A DNA stretch of 64,000 nt from Alphaproteobacteria bacterium (GTDB lineage: Bacteria > Pseudomonadota > Alphaproteobacteria > UBA828): positions 1,856,001 to 1,920,000 of the forward strand of contig CBDEFM010000002.1 of NCBI GenBank assembly GCA_965237415.1, written 5' to 3'. The notes below the pieces were generated by a model that was not told where the DNA came from, made no database searches, and saw only the letters and a program-made list of their open reading frames with translations. This document shows positions 18,976-28,109 of the stretch, one piece after another. The position numbers and the translations under genes are program-made. Within the stretch, counting starts at the first letter, position 1. Every line of letters starts with the position of its first letter.

Positions 18976-19650
18976 ATGGATTATCCCGTCCGCGGCCGCT
19001 ATGCGAACGCTGCGCTCTCGCCGCTGGAAGACGCGGCCATGGCGTGGTTGGACGGCTTCTATCAGCTGGAGCATCTCATCGCGACCCGGATGTGGGCGAT
19101 CAAGATCTGCCCCGAAGCCTCGCCGGAAGTACAATTTGCAGCGCTGGTGCATGACGCCGAGCGGTTCTTTCCCGGCGGCCCCTCCAGCACGCCGAGCAAC
19201 GGCTTCGACGATCCGGATTATCTCTTCGCGCATTCCACCCGGTCGGCGGATATCGTCGAGGAATGGTTGCGCAACCGCTCGCCGGCGCCGCCTGAGAGCT
19301 TCATCCGGCGCGTGCGCCGGCTCATCCTGCGGCACGAAATCGGCGGCGGATGGGAGGCCGATTTCGTGCAAGCCGCGGATTCGCTCTCCTTCCTGGAGAC
19401 CCTGGATTGGATCACCGTCGATTGGGTGCGGAGCGGCCCTTACACCGTCGCCCAGGCGCGGGAGAAGCTGGACTTCACCGTCGAGCGCATCCGGCCTTCC
19501 ATCGCCGTCGCCGCGGCGCTCCCGCTCTACGAGAGCGCCGTGCGCGCCCTGGACGCCGCCGAAGACTGCACGATGGACTTGAAACGACGGCGCGCGTTGG
19601 CGAGCAGCCGATCGTTCCTGTTCGGACTGCCTGTCTCGAAGGCGGGATGA
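18976..19650 (+). CDS. HD-domain-like protein (DUF4202-like)
   Basis: EHL...AALVHDAER...AHSTRSA...ILRHE...AADSLSFLE gives an H...HD...H...D pattern; GAGG RBS directly after the large subunit. Confidence 0.6.
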   Translation: MDYPVRGRYANAALSPLEDAAMAWLDGFYQLEHLIATRMWAIKICPEASPEVQFAALVHDAERFFPGGPSSTPSNGFDDPDYLFAHSTRSADIVEEWLRNRSPAPPESFIRRVRRLILRHEIGGGWEADFVQAADSLSFLETLDWITVDWVRSGPYTVAQAREKLDFTVERIRPSIAVAAALPLYESAVRALDAAEDCTMDLKRRRALASSRSFLFGLPVSKAG

Positions 19651-19812
19651 AGGCGACCGGCCGGCTCATGCGCCAAGCCTAAGCGAACGCAGCTTCCCCC
19701 AAGTTCGCTCCCGCGCCGGCGCGGATCGTCCATCCTGAATTGCGTCAGGGGATCACACCCCTCGGTCTCGCCGCACGCCGTCAATGGAGGGGCACTGCGG
19801 CCCAAATTCATA

Positions 19813-19872
19813 TTGACAGGCAGTGCGACACCAGCGCATCGTTATCGAGATATCGAAATTGTTTTCGATATC
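19813..19872 (+). promoter_or_regulatory. Putative sigma70 promoter (TTGACA at 19813) followed by a perfect inverted repeat GATATCGAAA-N4-TTTCGATATC (19849-19872)
   Basis: Read directly. The -10 element is weak (CATCGT at 19837). It lies 70 bp upstream of the hydantoinase operon. Confidence 0.65.
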
Positions 19873-19941
19873 CGTAAGTTCGGGCTGCCGCGATAGACCA
19901 TCGACGGGAAGCCTAAAGGCCCGGCATCCGGAGGCAGCGCC

Positions 19942-21957
19942 ATGCCGAATGGATGGCAAGTCGGTATCGATGTCGGCGGTACGTTTACCGACGTGATCGC
20001 CGTGCACCGGGCGCGCGGCGAGGTGAGAGCCGCGAAGGTTCCCTCCCGCACCGACGATCGCATCGCCGGACTGGTGTCAGCGCTCGGCGCGGTCGATCTC
20101 GCTTGGTCGGACGTGGACGATCTGATCCACGGCACGACCATCGTCACCAACGCCATCATCCAAGGCGACCACGCCAACGTCGCGCTGATCGCAACCCGAG
20201 GGTTCTCGGACACGCTCGCAATCGGGCGCCAGAACCGGCGCCACCTCTACCGGCTCGACCTGCCGCCCAAGCTCACGCCCCAGGTCCCCGCCGAGCGCCG
20301 CTTCGAGGTGACCGAGAGGCTCGACCACGACGGCCGGGTCCTGGTCGCGCTGGACCCGGCGTCGGTCGAAGACGCGATCGGGCGCGTCGCGGCGAGTGGT
20401 GCGGAGGCGGTTGCCGTGTCGCTTCTCCATTCTTACGCCAACCCTGCCCACGAGGAGGCGTTGGGCGAGCGCCTGCGCGCAAGGGTCCCCTACGTCGCGC
20501 TCTCGCACCGGGTCAATCCCGAGGCCCGGGAGTACGAGCGTACGGCGACGACGGCACTCAGCGCCGGAGTCATGCCGCTGGCGGCGGCGTATATGGATGA
20601 TCTGGACAGGGCAAAGCCGGAGGAATCCCGGCTGCACCTCTTCCATTCTGCCGGCGGCATGGCATCGCCCGCGGCCTTGCGCGATCTGCCGCTCGGCCTC
20701 GCCGCCTCGGGCCCTGCCGCCGGCGTCGCTGCGGCGGGCCGCATGGCGCGTGCGCTCGGGATCGAGCGTGCCATCAGCTTCGACATGGGCGGCACCACCA
20801 CCGATGTCTGCCTGATCCTCGACGGCGAGGCGCAGATCGCGAGCGACCGCTCCCTCGGCGGACGGCCTTTGCGCCAACCCATGGTCGCCGTGGAGTCCAT
20901 CGGCGCGGGCGGCGGGTCCATCGCCCGGTTGGATCACGGCTCCCTGCTCGTGGGGCCCGAGAGCGCCGGCGCCGAACCCGGACCCGCCTGCTACGCCAAG
21001 GGCGGCGACCGGCCCACCGTGACCGACGCCAATCTGGTGCTCGGATATATGGACGTGGAGCGCGTCCTCGGCGGAAACGTACGCCTCGATGCGGCTCTCG
21101 CCCACGATGTCATCGCACCGCTGTCTGAGGCGATGCACATGACGCGGGAGGCTGCGGCGCTGGGGGTCGTCAAGGTCGCCAACGCGGCCATGCTGCGGGC
21201 GCTGCGTCGGGTCACCGTGGAGCGCGGCGTCGACGGGCGCACCTGCACCCTCCTCGCCTTCGGCGGCGCAGGCCCCATGCACGCGGTGGCGTTGGCCCGC
21301 GCCTTCTCCATCGACAAGGTGGTCGTCCCTGCCCACTCCAGCATGTTCTCCGCCCTCGGCTGCGTCGGCGCTGAGATGAGCTACGCGCAGCAGCGCACGC
21401 TGCGGGTCGCCTCGGACGCGTGGGACGGCGAACGCGTGGACCGGGCACGGCGGGAGCTCCGCTCGACCCTCGCTGCCCCCATACAGGCGGCCGGCCATGA
21501 CGACGACCATCTAACGGTCGAGGAGGTGGCGTCGATCCGCTACCGGGGCCAGAGCTACGCCATCGAGATCGCGGGCGCCGCCTTCGACGATCCGGTGCGC
21601 CTGGGCCGCGCCTTCATGGACCGCCATCGGACGCTCTATGGCTTCGCCACGGAGGAGCCGTGGGAGCTGGAGTCGATCCGGGTGCGAGTCTCGGCGCCCC
21701 GCAACGGCGAGGCCCATCTGCCTGCCGCCAAGACCAACGAAGCCCCCTCACTCACCAAGATGTTCCGGTGCACGTTCGGCGCCGGCGAAGCCACGATGAC
21801 GCCGCGCTACGACCGCGCGGGCTTGGGTGCCGATTGCCCGCTGGAGGGGCCGGTCATCGTCGATGACGCATGGTCGACCGTCGTCGTGCCGCCCGGCGCG
21901 ACGCTGACCGCCGACGCCGCCGGTCATCTTCACATCGCCACCGGGATCGAGCCATGA
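19942..21957 (+). CDS. Hydantoinase/oxoprolinase family subunit A (ATP-dependent cyclic amide hydrolase)
   Basis: GIDVGGTFTD, HGTT, REYERTATT, SGPAAG, DMGGTTTD, IGAGGGS, SAGAEPGPACY, FGGAG. Confidence 0.93.
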   Translation: MPNGWQVGIDVGGTFTDVIAVHRARGEVRAAKVPSRTDDRIAGLVSALGAVDLAWSDVDDLIHGTTIVTNAIIQGDHANVALIATRGFSDTLAIGRQNRRHLYRLDLPPKLTPQVPAERRFEVTERLDHDGRVLVALDPASVEDAIGRVAASGAEAVAVSLLHSYANPAHEEALGERLRARVPYVALSHRVNPEAREYERTATTALSAGVMPLAAAYMDDLDRAKPEESRLHLFHSAGGMASPAALRDLPLGLAASGPAAGVAAAGRMARALGIERAISFDMGGTTTDVCLILDGEAQIASDRSLGGRPLRQPMVAVESIGAGGGSIARLDHGSLLVGPESAGAEPGPACYAKGGDRPTVTDANLVLGYMDVERVLGGNVRLDAALAHDVIAPLSEAMHMTREAAALGVVKVANAAMLRALRRVTVERGVDGRTCTLLAFGGAGPMHAVALARAFSIDKVVVPAHSSMFSALGCVGAEMSYAQQRTLRVASDAWDGERVDRARRELRSTLAAPIQAAGHDDDHLTVEEVASIRYRGQSYAIEIAGAAFDDPVRLGRAFMDRHRTLYGFATEEPWELESIRVRVSAPRNGEAHLPAAKTNEAPSLTKMFRCTFGAGEATMTPRYDRAGLGADCPLEGPVIVDDAWSTVVVPPGATLTADAAGHLHIATGIEP

Positions 21958-23549
21958 ATGGCGCTATCGATCCGGTGACCCTGGAGGTGATCCGCCACGC
22001 CCTGACGGCGACGGCGGAGGAAATGTCGCTCGTGGTCATGCGCTCGGCGCGCTCGCCGCTGCTGCGCGAGGCGGGCGATCTCTCGTCCGCGCTCACCGAT
22101 GCAGACGGCCACCTCATCGCCCAGGGCCGCGACATCCCGATGCACATGGGGGTCATGAGCTTCACCGTCCGCGAGTTCCTGAAGCGGGTGCCCAAGGCAC
22201 AGCTGGAGCCCGGCGACGTATGGTTCCTCAATCTGCCGGAAGTCGGCGGCAACCACTTGCCCGACGTGAAGGCGATCCGGCCGATCTACGCGGAGGGTGA
22301 GATCGTCGCCTTCGCGGAAAGTCTCGCCCATTGGGCGGATATCGGCGGCGCCGTGCCCGGCAGCTATGTCGCCGGCGCCACGGACGCGTGGCAGGAGGGG
22401 CTCCGCATTCCGCCCTTCCGGCTCTTCACCGCAGCGGGCCCCGACCGCGAAAAGCTCGACATGATCTGCGCCAACGTGCGGGGCGCAGACGAGCGCGAGG
22501 GCGACATTCTGGCGCAGCTCGCAGCCAGCCGGGCCGCGGAGGAGCGCGTGCACCACATCGTCGCCGAGCATGGCAGGGAGACGGTGTTGGACGCCATCGC
22601 CGCGATCCACGACCGGGCCGAGGCGCAGATGCGGGCGGCGCTCGCGGCGATTCCCGACGGCACCTATAGGGGCGAGGACTGGCTCGACGACGATGCCGGC
22701 GGAGGCGGGCCGGTTGCCGTTCGCGTTCTGGTGACGATCGAAGGCGACCGGGCGCGCTTCGATTTTTCCGAGACCGACGACGCGGCGCGAGGGCCCTTGA
22801 ACACCACGCCCTTCATCGCCGCGGCGTCCGTCTTCTATGTGGTCAAGACCCTGTTCGGGCCCGACATCCAGCCGAGCGGCGGCTGCTACCGCCCGCTTGA
22901 GATCGTGACCCGTCCCGGCTCCCTGCTCGATCCGTCCCCCGAAAGCCCCGTGGTGGGCGGCAATCACGAAACCTCGCAACGGATCGCCGACGCCGTGTTC
23001 AAGGCCCTCGAAGCCACCGGGCCGGAGCGCATTTCCGCCGGCGGGCCGACTACGTCGGGGCTGGTGCTCTTCGGCGGACGACGGGCCGACGGCGCCTGGA
23101 CCACCCTCTACGAGGTCCATGGCGGCGGCGAGGGCGCGCGGCACGACCGCGACGGTGCGCCGGTGGTGCGCGTTCACATGTCCAACGTGATGAACACCCC
23201 GGCCGAGGTGGTGGAAGCCGAATACCCCATCCGTATCGAATGCCAGCGCCTGCGCCAGGGCTCGGGCGGCGCGGGCCGGCGGCAAGGTGGCGAAGGCCTG
23301 CACCGCGAGTATCGCGTGCTCACCGACGACATGTCGGTCACCTCCATGTTCGAGCGCCGTGTGGTGCCGCCCTACGGCCTGCAAGGCGGCGACGACGGTG
23401 CGCCCTTCCGGGTCACCATCGACCACGCGGACGGCCGCCGCTCGGTGATGCCGGGCAAGGCGAACCTCCGGCTCGGCACCGACGACGTGGTCATCGTCGA
23501 GAGCTGCGGCGGCGGCGGTTACGGCGAGCCGGAACCGACAGGCCAGTGA
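21954..23549 (+). CDS. Hydantoinase/oxoprolinase family subunit B
   Basis: IDPVTLEV, RSARSPLLRE, GGNHLPD, HWADIGGAVPGS, QEGLRIPP, NTPAEVVEAEYP, GGGGYG; ATGA overlap. Confidence 0.93.
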   Translation: MNGAIDPVTLEVIRHALTATAEEMSLVVMRSARSPLLREAGDLSSALTDADGHLIAQGRDIPMHMGVMSFTVREFLKRVPKAQLEPGDVWFLNLPEVGGNHLPDVKAIRPIYAEGEIVAFAESLAHWADIGGAVPGSYVAGATDAWQEGLRIPPFRLFTAAGPDREKLDMICANVRGADEREGDILAQLAASRAAEERVHHIVAEHGRETVLDAIAAIHDRAEAQMRAALAAIPDGTYRGEDWLDDDAGGGGPVAVRVLVTIEGDRARFDFSETDDAARGPLNTTPFIAAASVFYVVKTLFGPDIQPSGGCYRPLEIVTRPGSLLDPSPESPVVGGNHETSQRIADAVFKALEATGPERISAGGPTTSGLVLFGGRRADGAWTTLYEVHGGGEGARHDRDGAPVVRVHMSNVMNTPAEVVEAEYPIRIECQRLRQGSGGAGRRQGGEGLHREYRVLTDDMSVTSMFERRVVPPYGLQGGDDGAPFRVTIDHADGRRSVMPGKANLRLGTDDVVIVESCGGGGYGEPEPTGQ

Positions 23550-23582
23550 ACGGATGAACGACGCAAGCAAGGGAACGATGCA

Positions 23583-24365
23583 GTGAAAGTGGATGGCAAG
23601 AAGGCGATCGTCACCGGCGCCGCGAAGGGCATGGGCGCGGCCATCACCACGACGCTGGCACGCGAGGGCGCCGACGTCGTGCTCACGGCCCGCGAGACCG
23701 ACGCGCTCGATCGGGTTGCCGGGGATGTCCGCGCGCTCGGGCGCGAGGCCCACGTCGTAGCCTGCGATGTCACCGACGATGCGCAAGTGAAGGCAATGGT
23801 CGATCGGGCGCTCGCGGCCTTCGACGGGCGCATCGACATTCTGGTCAATATCGCCGGCGTCACCGGCCCCATCGAGACGCCGGTGCAGGATATTGACGTG
23901 GCCGACTTCGACTACGTCATCACGGCCAACGAAATCGGTACCTTCCTGCCCATCAAGTATGTGGTGCCGACCATGATCGCGCAGAGGAGCGGCAAGATCG
24001 TCAATATCGGCGGCACGTCGGGCCTGCGCGGCTACGCCATGCGGACCGCCTACAGCGCGTCCAAATGGGCGGTGCGCGGGATTACCCGCACGGTCGCGCT
24101 CGAGGTCGGCAAGTACAACGTCAACGTCAACGCTGTCTGCCCCGGCATCGTCGAGACGCCGCGCATGCAGAAGCTCTGCGAGGAGAAAGCCAGAGTGCGC
24201 GGCTGGACGATCGACCAAGTGTACGACGAATACGTTCAGGAGATGTGCCTGAAGCGTGTGACCACGCCGGACGACGTGGCCAACGCCGTGTTGTTCATGG
24301 CGAGCGAGGACAGCCGCCAGATCACCGGCCAGGCCATCACGGTCGACGGCGGCTGGGACGTGTGA
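23583..24365 (+). CDS. Short-chain dehydrogenase/reductase (SDR)
   Basis: VTGAAKGMG, YSASK catalytic YxxxK, NAVCPG, ITGQAITVDGG. Confidence 0.93.
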   Translation: MKVDGKKAIVTGAAKGMGAAITTTLAREGADVVLTARETDALDRVAGDVRALGREAHVVACDVTDDAQVKAMVDRALAAFDGRIDILVNIAGVTGPIETPVQDIDVADFDYVITANEIGTFLPIKYVVPTMIAQRSGKIVNIGGTSGLRGYAMRTAYSASKWAVRGITRTVALEVGKYNVNVNAVCPGIVETPRMQKLCEEKARVRGWTIDQVYDEYVQEMCLKRVTTPDDVANAVLFMASEDSRQITGQAITVDGGWDV

Positions 24366-24399
24366 GGCGGCAGCGCAGGCGATAACGGGAGGCGTCACG

Positions 24400-25287
24400 A
24401 TGTACACGCCGTTCGAGTTGGACATTCCGAACGACCTGGCCGGCGCTCTGGCGGCCCTCGCCAACGGTGCCGGCGAGACCGTTCTGCCCCTTGCCGGGGG
24501 CACGAACCTCATCGTCGACATTCGCGCCAAGCGCGAGCGGCCCGACCGGATGGTGGGCCTCGGCGAGGTCGACGAGTTGCTTGGCATGGACTTCGGAGCA
24601 GAGCGCATAACCATCGGCGGTCGCACCACGGTGAGCGACCTCCTGCGCTCGCCCGAGATCGCCCGGGCGGCGCCGTCGCTGATCGAGTCCGCCCGACTCT
24701 TCGGCGGCCTGATGGTGCGCAACACCGGGACTGTCGCCGGGAACATCGCGAGCGGCTCGCCCGCGGCGGATCTGGTGCCGCCGCTTCTCGCTCTCGATGC
24801 CGAGCTGACGCTGGTGAGTGCGTCGTCCACGCGCACGTTGGCGTTGGATGACTATTACCTCGGCTACAAACAGGATGCGCGGCGGCGGGACGAGCTGATC
24901 ACCCGGATTTCCTGGCCGCACCTGCCCGAGAATTCCGTCAACACCTTCTACAAGCTGGCCCGCCGCAAGGGCGATGCGATTACCGTCACCGGCGTGGCAG
25001 TGACGCTGGCGGCCGCGGGCGGCCGCTGCACCAAGGCGCGGATCGCACTTGGGGCCGTCGCGCCCATCGTCTTCCGCGCCAAGGAGGCCGAGGCGCTGCT
25101 GGAGGGCGAGGCGCTGACGCCGACGCTGATCGACGAAGCAGCGGCAGTGGCGGTATCCGCGTGCAGCCCCATCGACGATATCCGGGCTTCGGCCGACTAC
25201 CGCCGCCATACGGCCCAGGCCCTGACACGGCGACTGGTTGCCCAAGCGTGGGATCGGCTCGCCCAGGGGAGTAACGCGCATGCCTGA
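24400..25287 (+). CDS. Mo-hydroxylase FAD-binding subunit
   Basis: LAGGTNL, VRNTGTVAGN, GSPAAD, PIDDIRASADYR. Confidence 0.92.
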   Translation: MYTPFELDIPNDLAGALAALANGAGETVLPLAGGTNLIVDIRAKRERPDRMVGLGEVDELLGMDFGAERITIGGRTTVSDLLRSPEIARAAPSLIESARLFGGLMVRNTGTVAGNIASGSPAADLVPPLLALDAELTLVSASSTRTLALDDYYLGYKQDARRRDELITRISWPHLPENSVNTFYKLARRKGDAITVTGVAVTLAAAGGRCTKARIALGAVAPIVFRAKEAEALLEGEALTPTLIDEAAAVAVSACSPIDDIRASADYRRHTAQALTRRLVAQAWDRLAQGSNAHA

Positions 25288-25768
25288 CGAACGGACCATC
25301 ACACTCCGCATCAACGGCCGCGAGGAGGAAGGGCGCTTCCCCGCGCATCGCACGCTGTTGGAAGCGCTGCGGCAGCTCGGGCACATGGAAGTGAAGTGCG
25401 GTTGCGAGAAGGGCGATTGCGGCGCCTGCGCCGTGCTGCTTGACGGCATGGCCGTGGACAGCTGCCTGACCGTGGCCTGGATGGCGGCCGGCAAGGAGGT
25501 CACGACCATCTCCGGCCTCGGCGACCTCGATTCGCCCCATCCCTTGCAGCAGGCGTTTGCCGAAACCGGTGCCGCGCAGTGCGGCTACTGCATTCCAGGC
25601 ATCATCATCGCGGCGAAGGCGATCATCGACGAGAACCCGGAGCCCCGCGAAGACGACATCCGCTTAGGTCTCAGCGGCAATCTCTGCCGCTGCACCGGCT
25701 ACACCAAGATCTTCGAGGCCATCGCCGACGCGGCCGCCGCGATGCGCGCCGAGGGAGGTGAGCAATGA
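25280..25768 (+). CDS. Mo-hydroxylase 2Fe-2S subunit
   Basis: GCEKGDCGAC, QCGYCIPG, GNLCRCTGY. Confidence 0.94.
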   Translation: MPDERTITLRINGREEEGRFPAHRTLLEALRQLGHMEVKCGCEKGDCGACAVLLDGMAVDSCLTVAWMAAGKEVTTISGLGDLDSPHPLQQAFAETGAAQCGYCIPGIIIAAKAIIDENPEPREDDIRLGLSGNLCRCTGYTKIFEAIADAAAAMRAEGGEQ

Positions 25769-28089
25769 CCCACACCGACATCGACGCAGGCGCGCTGGCC
25801 AACGTCCAATACCGGCAGATCGGCAAGCCGCTCACCCGCACCGACGCGCCAGGCAAGGTTACGGGCCGCACGCCCTATGCCGGCGATTACGTGATGCCCA
25901 ACATGCTGCACATGCGGGTGCTCCGCGCCGACATCGCGAGCGCCCGTCTCGTGCGTCTCGATGTCTCGAAGGCGCGGGCGCTCAAGGGCGTCGCCAGCGT
26001 GCTCACCGCCACCGATCTCGCCGACCGCACGGCGGCCACCGACATCCCCGGCCAGACCGGCCAGAAGAGGCTGGATACGGATCAGCCGGTTCTGGTGAAG
26101 GAGCGGGTCCGCTATTTCGGCGAGCCACTGGCGTTGATTGCTGCTGAAACCCGCGATCTCGCCGACCGGGCGGCGGACTTGATCGAGTTCGAGCTTGAGC
26201 CGATCCCTGGCGTCTACGACCCGCTGGAAGCGCTGCAGCCCGGCGCGCCGCTCGTCTACGGCAGCGACAACATCGTCGCCGAGCGCAAGATCAAGAAGGG
26301 CGATGTCGAGGCGGGCTTCGCCAAGGCCGACCTCATCGTCGAGAACACCTACAAGACACCCTTCCAGGAGCACGCCTTCCTGGAGCCGGAGGTCGGCCTC
26401 GCCTGGGTGGATGAGAACGACGTGGTCAACATCCGCGTCTCGACCCAGGTCATCGAGCACTTCCGGCCGATCGCCGATGCCATCGGCGTGCCGCACAACA
26501 AGGTCCGCGTGCGCGGCGCGCTGGTCGGCGGCGGCTTCGGCGGCAAGGAGGACATGACCGTTGAGGTCTATCTGGCGTTGCTTGCCAAGCACACCGGGCG
26601 GCCGGTGCGGCTGGAATACTCCCGCGAGGATTCCTTCGTGGGCCACGGCAAGCGTCACCCCTTTATCCTGACCTACCGCACGGGCGTCACGAAGGAGGGC
26701 AAGATCACGGCGCTCGACGTGCAGATGATCGCCGATGCCGGCGCCTACGTGTTCCTGAGCCCCTACGTCATCCTCTACGCGCTGGTCGCAGCACCCGGCC
26801 CCTACCGCGTCGACAACCTCAATGTCTTCGCCCGGGCCGTGGCGACCAACAACATGTACACCAGCGCCTTCCGAGGCTTCGGCGCGTTGCAGGCCTGCAC
26901 GGCCTACGAGCAGCAGATGGACGAGATCGCCGAGACGCTCGGCATCGATCGCCTGGAGCTCAGACGGCGGAATTTCCTGAAGACCGGCGAGCCCATGTCC
27001 ACGGGTTTCGTGCCGCCGAGCGCCATCTGGACCGAGCAGTGCGCGGAGAAGGCCTGGGCCGCGCTCGGCGAGCCCACGCCGGCGGAGGGGCCGATACGGA
27101 CAGGCCGCGGCCTTGCCTGCTATCAGCAGAGCTACGGGCGCCTCACCTTCCTGCACGACACCTCGGAGGCCTGGGTCGGCGTCGAGATGGACGGCACCGT
27201 TGTGGTGCGCTCCGGCGTCACCGACATCGGCGCCGGGCAAATTTCGGCGCTGGGCCAGATCGCGGTGGAGGTGCTGGGCGTCACCCTCGACAACGTGGTC
27301 ATCTACAGCAGCGATTCCGCGGTGACCCCGCTCGCCGGCACGACCACGGCGACACGCGCGCTCTACATGACCGGCAACGCCGCCAAGCAGGCGGCCGAGG
27401 GGCTTCGCGCCCGGCTCGCCGAACGCGCGGCGCAGGAATTCGGCGTCGCCCCCGACGAGATCGACATGGGCTTCAACGAGGTCTTCGTCATCGATAAGCC
27501 TGAAGCATCCATGCCCCTCGTCGACCTGGTGCGCATCTGCGCGGCCGAGGGCATCCACCGCTCCGAGCTCGCAATCTTCCGCGCGCCGTTCGGCGAATTT
27601 CTCGACCCCGAGACGGGCCAGGGTCAGGCCCATCCCGACTATGCCTACGGCGCGCATGCCGTCGAAGTCTCCGTCGATGTGGAGACCGGCGAGGTCGAGG
27701 TGCTGAAGAGCGTGGCCGCTCACGATGTCGGCCAGTGCATCAATCCGGCGGCGGTCGAGGGCCAGATCCAGGGCGGCGCGCAGAACGGCCAGGGCTACGC
27801 GCTCAGCGAAGAGATGCTCTACGAGGAGGGCCGCCTGGTGACGCCGTCGTTCAGCGAATACCTCATGCCGACCGCGATGGACATGCCGAAGGTCGAGTGC
27901 ATCATCCTCGAATCCCGCAGCGGCGTGGGCCCCTTCGGCGCAAAGGGCATCGGCGAGCCGGCCATGACCGCCGTCGCACCCGCCATCGCCAACGCCGTCG
28001 CCGATGCCATTGGCGTGCGCGTCTTCGAGATGCCGATCACGCCGGAGCGCGTGGTCCGGGCGTTGAAGCGGCGCGATGCCCCGCAATGA
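25765..28089 (+). CDS. Xanthine/nicotinate dehydrogenase-family molybdopterin-binding subunit
   Basis: HAFLEPE, VGGGFGGKED, SAFRGFG, EGQIQGG, GPFGAKGIGEP. Confidence 0.94.
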   Translation: MTHTDIDAGALANVQYRQIGKPLTRTDAPGKVTGRTPYAGDYVMPNMLHMRVLRADIASARLVRLDVSKARALKGVASVLTATDLADRTAATDIPGQTGQKRLDTDQPVLVKERVRYFGEPLALIAAETRDLADRAADLIEFELEPIPGVYDPLEALQPGAPLVYGSDNIVAERKIKKGDVEAGFAKADLIVENTYKTPFQEHAFLEPEVGLAWVDENDVVNIRVSTQVIEHFRPIADAIGVPHNKVRVRGALVGGGFGGKEDMTVEVYLALLAKHTGRPVRLEYSREDSFVGHGKRHPFILTYRTGVTKEGKITALDVQMIADAGAYVFLSPYVILYALVAAPGPYRVDNLNVFARAVATNNMYTSAFRGFGALQACTAYEQQMDEIAETLGIDRLELRRRNFLKTGEPMSTGFVPPSAIWTEQCAEKAWAALGEPTPAEGPIRTGRGLACYQQSYGRLTFLHDTSEAWVGVEMDGTVVVRSGVTDIGAGQISALGQIAVEVLGVTLDNVVIYSSDSAVTPLAGTTTATRALYMTGNAAKQAAEGLRARLAERAAQEFGVAPDEIDMGFNEVFVIDKPEASMPLVDLVRICAAEGIHRSELAIFRAPFGEFLDPETGQGQAHPDYAYGAHAVEVSVDVETGEVEVLKSVAAHDVGQCINPAAVEGQIQGGAQNGQGYALSEEMLYEEGRLVTPSFSEYLMPTAMDMPKVECIILESRSGVGPFGAKGIGEPAMTAVAPAIANAVADAIGVRVFEMPITPERVVRALKRRDAPQ

Positions 28090-28109
28090 GAGACGGGGCG
28101 CCCTGAGCG

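Noticed and set aside
21930-24836. Very long antisense ORFs (968 aa here; also 3808-5814, 25699-28086, 45349-47544, 55812-57938, 57990-59861)
   Set aside because: They mirror well-supported genes on the opposite strand and lack recognisable motifs; such shadow ORFs are expected in high-GC DNA.
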